NCBI GenBank assembly: GCA_964019425.1
Contig: OZ025782.1
Span: 1 to 64,000, forward strand
Direction: 5' to 3'
DNA from: Flectonema sp. DT1601
Taxonomy: Eukaryota
Length of the DNA: 64,000 bases
Under the pieces are notes generated by a model, which was not told where the DNA came from, made no database searches, and was given only the letters and a program-made list of their open reading frames with translations. The position numbers were made by a program, and so were the translations under genes. Shown here piece after piece: positions 57,853 to 64,000 of the stretch (position 1 is the first letter of the stretch; the number at the start of each line of letters is the position of its first letter).

Positions 57853-58419
57853 TCACCGTATTGTCTGTACGCCTTCCTGAGCTTTCAATTCAAATTCCCT
57901 TTTTGCACTCCATCCCATTGCGAGATTGGCTTGAGTAGAAGGAATGTCTCGAAGTCTATTTAACTTATCAGGATAGATATTGTAGTAATAAAATGAACTC
58001 TTAATCGCAGCACTGCAAGATGCGAGTAGGATAATTGTTGATAACAAGAAGTATGGACGAGCTCTAACACGAAGCAGATCTCGTAGGGCGACTACTTCAT
58101 GACGACGAAGCCATTTCCGAGCGAGTGCTCTCTGAATAGCTGTGGTCAGTGTTCCCATTCCTAGACCTGCTATAATTGATGGGATAATCTTTGATACATC
58201 ATACACTTCTGCTGCTTCCATTCCTGACATATTTCTCGCTACTTCCCTCCTTCCAAAATCTTCTCTCAGCTTCCACTTCACCGTCATCCATGAGAATGAA
58301 CTTCCAACTGCCACACTTCCAATTGTGATTCCACTGAAAACAACCCATCCAACGTTCCTTCTCAAGAAGAACCTTTTTATTAAAGGATTGAAGTATACTT
58401 TTATATCTCTATTCCACAT
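57853..58419 (-). CDS. Small membrane protein (three hydrophobic segments)
   Basis: 188-aa ORF on the coding strand. Confidence 0.6.
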   Translation of the reverse strand: MWNRDIKVYFNPLIKRFFLRRNVGWVVFSGITIGSVAVGSSFSWMTVKWKLREDFGRREVARNMSGMEAAEVYDVSKIIPSIIAGLGMGTLTTAIQRALARKWLRRHEVVALRDLLRVRARPYFLLSTIILLASCSAAIKSSFYYYNIYPDKLNRLRDIPSTQANLAMGWSAKREFELKAQEGVQTIR

Positions 58420-58661
58420 TTGATTATTCCAATAAAAGCTGTATTAAAAATATGAATGGGAGATAACGATAACAAATTATTATATTAAAAAAAAACAGAT
58501 TCTGACCTGGACGGTGTTCGCAAGTTTTAAATAAATGAACCTGTCCTACTGAGGACCGTGTAAGAAGAACAACTCGACACAGTGACTATGAGATATAGAA
58601 TCTCACTAAGAAGCCAATCGCACAGATAATAAACATGAGGCTCGTCTAGTCTTTATCATCA

Positions 58662-59804
58662 CTAAAATAGTGATACCAACATCATCAACAAGGCTATCAC
58701 GTGAATAGGTTGCCATGTGACACCTGAAGAATACTCCGGGACGAGTGTTGGTAACGCTGTGTCAGTATCAGGTGTCAAGGTATCTCCCTGATCACAACCG
58801 TGAGTTGTAAAGGTTGAAAGCGCCACACCCAAATCACGAAGTACAACAGACTGAGCTATTGCAGTGACACAAATACTATCACTCGGTGGAGCACTTGACT
58901 TGTCTAAAGCAGTCACCGTAATGTACATAAATAATGAATATTCTCGATTTGGATCAGAAGACGAGAACTTCCCAGGAATCGCATGATATCCGTTGAAGAC
59001 TTCCTTATCAAGATGTGCATGTGCTGTGTACTTCTCAGGATGTTCTGATGCATAAAAACAGTCGGGAACAGGCCACTGAGAACTCTTGTGAGTGTATTGT
59101 AAGGTGTTGGTATTTACATCAAAGAAAGTAGGATTTATATCTCTACCTGACTCTACTTTGTTTATTAATTCCATTCCCTGAATAGTAATATCAAGTCTCT
59201 GAAAGTACAACTGATCCTTAGTTGTACTTACTTTACATCCGACAGTGTAAATCCCTTTCTCTGTTGATGTTACGTTGTGAATGTCAACAGAAAATCCTTT
59301 TGAGGTCGTTTCGAATGGTAAAGCTGATAATGGATGTACGCAGTTCTCCTGATTAAGACCTCCCAATCGCATTTCAAAGTGGAGGTGAAAAAATCCAGAT
59401 TTGCTAGCACCACATCCCGCGATGACATCACCCTTGTTAACTCTGTCACCATTATTAAAGTTAACAGGATTAATAATATGAAGATACGTACTGTAGACTT
59501 TCTCATCGTTGATGTCGTGAATGAGTTGGTACACACCATCTTGGTAACTAGGGTGGTTTCCATTTATTCTAACTTCTCCGTCAGCAATTGCATATATAGG
59601 ATCACCCTCATTACAAGGTATATCAATCCCACGATGCCAGTCGTATCTGTATCCTTCACTATTCTTCTCTCTTGGACCGAATGTATTTGAGATTGGAGTT
59701 GGGGTGTTTGTTCCAGTTGTTGGCCACACAGCACCTAACTGGTGCAGGTCATCCCAACCACTCATTGCGATTATTACTAACCCACTGTTGAGTATTAACG
59801 ACAT
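58662..59804 (-). CDS. Secreted/surface M23 family zinc metallopeptidase
   Basis: HRGID (HxxxD), YAIADGEV, STYLHI, GDRVNKGDVIA, HLHFE (HxH); hydrophobic N- and C-termini. Confidence 0.88.
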   Translation of the reverse strand: MSLILNSGLVIIAMSGWDDLHQLGAVWPTTGTNTPTPISNTFGPREKNSEGYRYDWHRGIDIPCNEGDPIYAIADGEVRINGNHPSYQDGVYQLIHDINDEKVYSTYLHIINPVNFNNGDRVNKGDVIAGCGASKSGFFHLHFEMRLGGLNQENCVHPLSALPFETTSKGFSVDIHNVTSTEKGIYTVGCKVSTTKDQLYFQRLDITIQGMELINKVESGRDINPTFFDVNTNTLQYTHKSSQWPVPDCFYASEHPEKYTAHAHLDKEVFNGYHAIPGKFSSSDPNREYSLFMYITVTALDKSSAPPSDSICVTAIAQSVVLRDLGVALSTFTTHGCDQGDTLTPDTDTALPTLVPEYSSGVTWQPIHVIALLMMLVSLF

Positions 59805-60277
59805 TCTAATATCTGAGATGAGAAAGAAGTAAGAAATCACTTTATTAAGTTAATAAAAAAAAAACATCACAATGGACAACACACAGGTTAGATTAATTGT
59901 TTTTAAATACTGAAATGAAATAATAATTATTAAAACAAACTCACATAACTGACGCGCCACAACCCACAACAAAGATTGTCTACGTGACTTATGAAAATAA
60001 ATACAAAATTGAGTACAACGTGTTGGAACTTTCAACACAGAAAATAAACGTTTCGAAAAGCAGTGGGCGCAGTTAATAGAGGACGGCTTTAAACGATTTC
60101 TTTAATGTAAAATCGAAATGACAGAACCGAAACTACTGCAATTTGCTTCGATTTAATGAGAAGCTAAAGGAAAGATTACAAAAAGGAAAATATTATGAGC
60201 AAATAATGTTCGCAACGGATAAAAAGATAGACTATGGACCATAATCAACATCAACACCATTAAGTTAACAGCAATCT

Positions 60278-61093
60278 TCATTTCAACGATCTCAGTTGTT
60301 GCGGCTGTTCAACAACAGAACGATGACTACCATGTCGACGTGCTGTAGTATTCCTAGTAGGTCCAAAGGCAGCCATAATTGTGCTTATCGTTTCTTCTTG
60401 CGCCTCAACAACTGCTCTTCGTTTCTCGAGAAGAGCTCGCTCTTCTCGAAGCTCAGCTGAGATGCGGATGATTTCCTTTCGAGAGAGATCTGAAGAAAGC
60501 TCTCTCTCTTCGGCTCTCATCGCAATATCAAATCTATGTTCAACATCATCTAATTCATCATGCAGAGATTCGTATCTATTCTTAACCCAATTTACTAATC
60601 CTGAAGTTTGTGGTTTCCCAGATGACGGAGTTCTATTTCTGGGTGTGGTGGGTGCAATCCCAGCTGGTTTCCAAGGGCGATCTGGAGAGGGCTCACGCTT
60701 ATAAATTGCAGGTCGGGAGAGTCCTGCTCTCATTTCATAACTAACAGATCGAGTAGAATCTGACGGTCTAAATCTGACTGGAGAATATTGTCGAGCTGGT
60801 GAAGAATATCTATCGCGAGATGACATCAAAGGACTCGAAGATTCCACAGAAATTGATTTTCTAACGGGACTGTTAAGTTCAAGTGCATCGTTAACATTTA
60901 TCTTTTTAGTAGGCGATGCTGATCTGTGCAGCTTCTTCAGTCCTTCCATTGCATCCGACAGATCAACACTCGCTTTCAGACATGCGTCGCTTACCTCGTC
61001 GGCATCAAAACTATCTCCACCTACTCTTCTCGGGGATACTGACCCTGAGGGTGTAATGTAAGAACGAATTGAATCCAACATGTTATTAGTCAC
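60278..61093 (-). CDS. Ser/Pro-rich coiled-coil hypothetical protein
   Basis: 271-aa ORF. Confidence 0.7.
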   Translation of the reverse strand: MTNNMLDSIRSYITPSGSVSPRRVGGDSFDADEVSDACLKASVDLSDAMEGLKKLHRSASPTKKINVNDALELNSPVRKSISVESSSPLMSSRDRYSSPARQYSPVRFRPSDSTRSVSYEMRAGLSRPAIYKREPSPDRPWKPAGIAPTTPRNRTPSSGKPQTSGLVNWVKNRYESLHDELDDVEHRFDIAMRAEERELSSDLSRKEIIRISAELREERALLEKRRAVVEAQEETISTIMAAFGPTRNTTARRHGSHRSVVEQPQQLRSLK

Positions 61094-61815
61094 TTAGTGA
61101 CATTAACTAGATCTGAGTTGGGAACTTTTATTTATAATTATTCAACGAAAAAAATACAAAAAATAATATTAACAACAAATAGGGACATCTCCAATCAAAC
61201 GACAAACATATTGTAATATTTCTGGTGATGGAAATCATAATATTCAAGAGAGGGGATGCTAATTAATTAACGAAAGGGGAAGTGGATGGAACGACAAAAG
61301 GAAGTAAAATCCTCAAACATGGACTTTGCTTCAAAATGAGAAGTTCCGTAACGAAATGAGGGTCGCAACCCATCAGTAGGAAAAAAAAAAAGAAAAGTTT
61401 TCTAATGCAGAGAGAGGTTGTGTAGTCGTATGTGGTGTTTTATATAAAGAGATGAGAAACCTAATTAACTTTTATCACCACGACTACCATCCAAAGGCTA
61501 AAAACAGTGCCGAAAGCACTGCTAAAAACAGTGCCGAAAGCGCTGTTTTTCGCCGAAGGGAAGCACACCTAGTTGAAATCTTGTGTAATGGAAGGAAGTT
61601 GTACGCAAAAAAAAAAAAAAAAAAAAAAAATCCATCGCATAACGCTGAGAGAGAGGTTACAACGAACTAGCTGACTTGATTAAACAGCTAAAAACTTTTA
61701 TATTATTTTTCCGATGACCAATTCAAACTTACAAACCGATAACAAAGAATGGATAATAATCACTACCAAGAGAAAGCACTAAGTACCTCAGCCGTCATAA
61801 AGTATCGTCTGTATT

Positions 61816-61977
61816 CGAGGCTCAATTCGATTAAATGACAAACAACATGACATCTGTTATACCTACTGATTAGTTTGACTTCTTTAAAACTTGTAAACGA
61901 GGCTCAATTCGTTTACAAATTTTATCAAAAAAAAGTAAATATAATTTTTCTAAAGGTTGCTCACGAGGCTCAATTCG
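61816..61977. repeat. Three dispersed copies of the 14-mer CGAGGCTCAATTCG
   Basis: Exact copies at 61816, 61898 and 61964. Confidence 0.85.
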
Positions 61978-62553
61978 ATCACATTCTGATCACTCACATC
62001 ATTTGTATTAGTTTGGAGAGAAATTGATCATCAAAAGTAATATTTTCATTTTTTTTTTATTGATATTGAGGTTTTGAATAAAAATAACCGAAAACAAGGA
62101 GGCAACCCTCAACAAGGCTTGCTAGTTACTGCCTTCCTACATTCGGAGGGGTGCAGAAAAAGATACACCTGAAAAACAAACAAGACATAAGTCGCTGTGC
62201 ATACAAAATGTTTTTAGAAAAATAATAATAATAATAATAAAAGATTGAAAATAGAAAAAAAAAGTCAACCTCCTACACAATGAGGTAATAGATTTAAATA
62301 ATGCTATCGAAAAACGCAAAAAAAAAAAAAAAAAATAGATAATGGAACTGGAGCACTGCCACCAACAAAATAATGACTTGAGAATAGTGAACAGAACTGG
62401 GGGTTATTAAAGATTGGTTGTTATATAGCAGAGAAGGTCTATTCGACCATAATTTTGTCATCTATCCCGAAACTAGAATAGGTGGCAAAAGTAAAATAGT
62501 TTTTTTAGATTATTAGGTAAAGAGAGGGAAATAATATCAACGAGCTTGCAGGC

Positions 62554-64000
62554 CTACGATCTGTGCCTTCCGAAGTATCCCTTTGGGATTCTTGATTTGT
62601 CAGGTTTTCCTTTTTTAAACTGTTTAGTGTGTCTGTGAGATATCTTTCTAGGAATTTGTTCTGCAACGATGTCGTTAATCTTTTGACATGTACCGTCAGC
62701 ATTACATCTTTGACCAACATCACAATCAGAATCAATACAATTTACAGTGCAGGCTCCTTCTGTTGGAAGTCCCTTCGCTCGCAAATGAAATGCTGTTGGG
62801 TACCAGTGAGACCGACACGAGTCACATTTACCTGTCGCAGAGACAACAGACTGGTGTGGGTTATGACAATAGCAAGATTCTTTTTGTAATGAGTCTCCGA
62901 GTTGAAAAGCCTTTATTAAGTCAGTAGGACAAGTAGTTCCTCCAGTTGATGTAAAGTGACGACAAGCATCAACAATACACTCTTGATGCATTAATGGACA
63001 ATTAGCTCCTTCTTCACAACAGTCGAGTGCGAGTTTCATGTTTGAAGATGAGCAGTCGAGTTGCTGAGTCTCTAGTTGTTTGAATTCTCTTTTCCACTCT
63101 GGAAACTCACCGACGTCTGGGCAGTCTACTGATTTACGTGGCCAACAGAATGATCTTCCTGAATTGTCTATCCATTTGAAAGCTGTTCTTGAAGGGTCGT
63201 AATCAGGATCGAAGAGTAACCCAATTGGGAAATCATCACTACCTACGTATTCAAACTTAACATCGAGATGGAATGAAGGTAGACCAACATCAACAGATGT
63301 TATTTTGAAATAAAGTTTCGGAAGTCCATCAGGAGTAGCAATGTAAAGGTCAGCAGTTTCACCGCTGATTGGTCCATCACCTACAATAAAGATATTTTCA
63401 AAAGGGTATTGAGGTGAATTAATGTAATATTGTTCCAGTGACAGATAGACGTATGACTCCCGACCACCCGCACAGTCGGTAGTAATTTCAGCAAACTTAC
63501 TTGCACGGACTACTTTATTTGAGAATTCCGTAACGTGTGTCGCAGTGTACACAGCAAGGTGAACAATGCAACTGCTACTGTTACCAAAACATGGAGCTAT
63601 TGTTGCTGTGAAGGTGTGAATGGAGTCCTCGAAGAGTATGAAAGTAGTCTCAACAGGTACCTCAATGTTTAAATTAACATTCACCTTCTCCATATGAACA
63701 TCTCCCCACAGAAATGCTTCCCTCCCGCATTGTTCACCAGTATAGGTCGCAGAAGCAATACACTCTACTTGATTACCGTCTTCAGTCTCAAACTGACCAG
63801 GACACTGATTATAAATACCAATTGAAATAGGTCTTTCTGGAGGGCAGGAACATTGGTTAGTTACTCTATCAAAGTGACCTCCATTTCTACACGTAATAGG
63901 TTTTACTGCGCTAAAATCATCAAAAACAAGGAAGATTGGATTACCAGTTTTATATGCACACAACAATACCATCTCAACATTTGGAGTAGTAGTTGAAGAA
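62554..64000 (-). CDS. Cys-rich extracellular protein, EGF-like + VWD-like + C8-like; 5'-partial
   Basis: CRNGG...CSCP, YTGEQC, LWGDVH (GDPH-like), CIVDAC; the frame stays open to the window end. Confidence 0.7.
   Translation of the reverse strand, partial: SSTTTPNVEMVLLCAYKTGNPIFLVFDDFSAVKPITCRNGGHFDRVTNQCSCPPERPISIGIYNQCPGQFETEDGNQVECIASATYTGEQCGREAFLWGDVHMEKVNVNLNIEVPVETTFILFEDSIHTFTATIAPCFGNSSSCIVHLAVYTATHVTEFSNKVVRASKFAEITTDCAGGRESYVYLSLEQYYINSPQYPFENIFIVGDGPISGETADLYIATPDGLPKLYFKITSVDVGLPSFHLDVKFEYVGSDDFPIGLLFDPDYDPSRTAFKWIDNSGRSFCWPRKSVDCPDVGEFPEWKREFKQLETQQLDCSSSNMKLALDCCEEGANCPLMHQECIVDACRHFTSTGGTTCPTDLIKAFQLGDSLQKESCYCHNPHQSVVSATGKCDSCRSHWYPTAFHLRAKGLPTEGACTVNCIDSDCDVGQRCNADGTCQKINDIVAEQIPRKISHRHTKQFKKGKPDKSRIPKGYFGRHRS

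Noticed and set aside
61816..61977. CRISPR-like repeat-spacer pattern
   Set aside because: Repeats are only 14 nt, spacers are unequal, there are no cas genes, and the context is eukaryotic. Kept as a stem-loop motif instead.

Overview
Eukaryotic protist DNA, most consistent with a diplonemid/euglenozoan (inference). All ~30 credible protein-coding genes lie head-to-tail on the minus strand, with short GT-AG introns and AT-rich, homopolymer-laden spacers. Recognisable genes: XPD/ERCC2, Sm D2, GDP-L-fucose synthase, NPRL3, sepiapterin reductase, a mitochondrial carrier, a UBL-BAG protein and a bacterial-type M23 peptidase. The left end is the most unusual part. (1) A near full-length APE-RT-RNase H non-LTR retrotransposon joins ORF1 to ORF2 through a single in-frame UAG in a readthrough context, followed by a 2A-like 'GIEQNPGP' peptide; ORF1 also has a +1 frame break over CUU-AGA. 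(2) About 150 nt beyond its (CTAA)n tail lies a complete hammerhead-ribozyme core whose cleavage strand sits inside the stem II loop, a strand order matching none of the standard types I/II/III. A 770-bp TIR element with a 6-bp TSD lies at 31553-32322. All structures and splice models were derived by eye and are untested.
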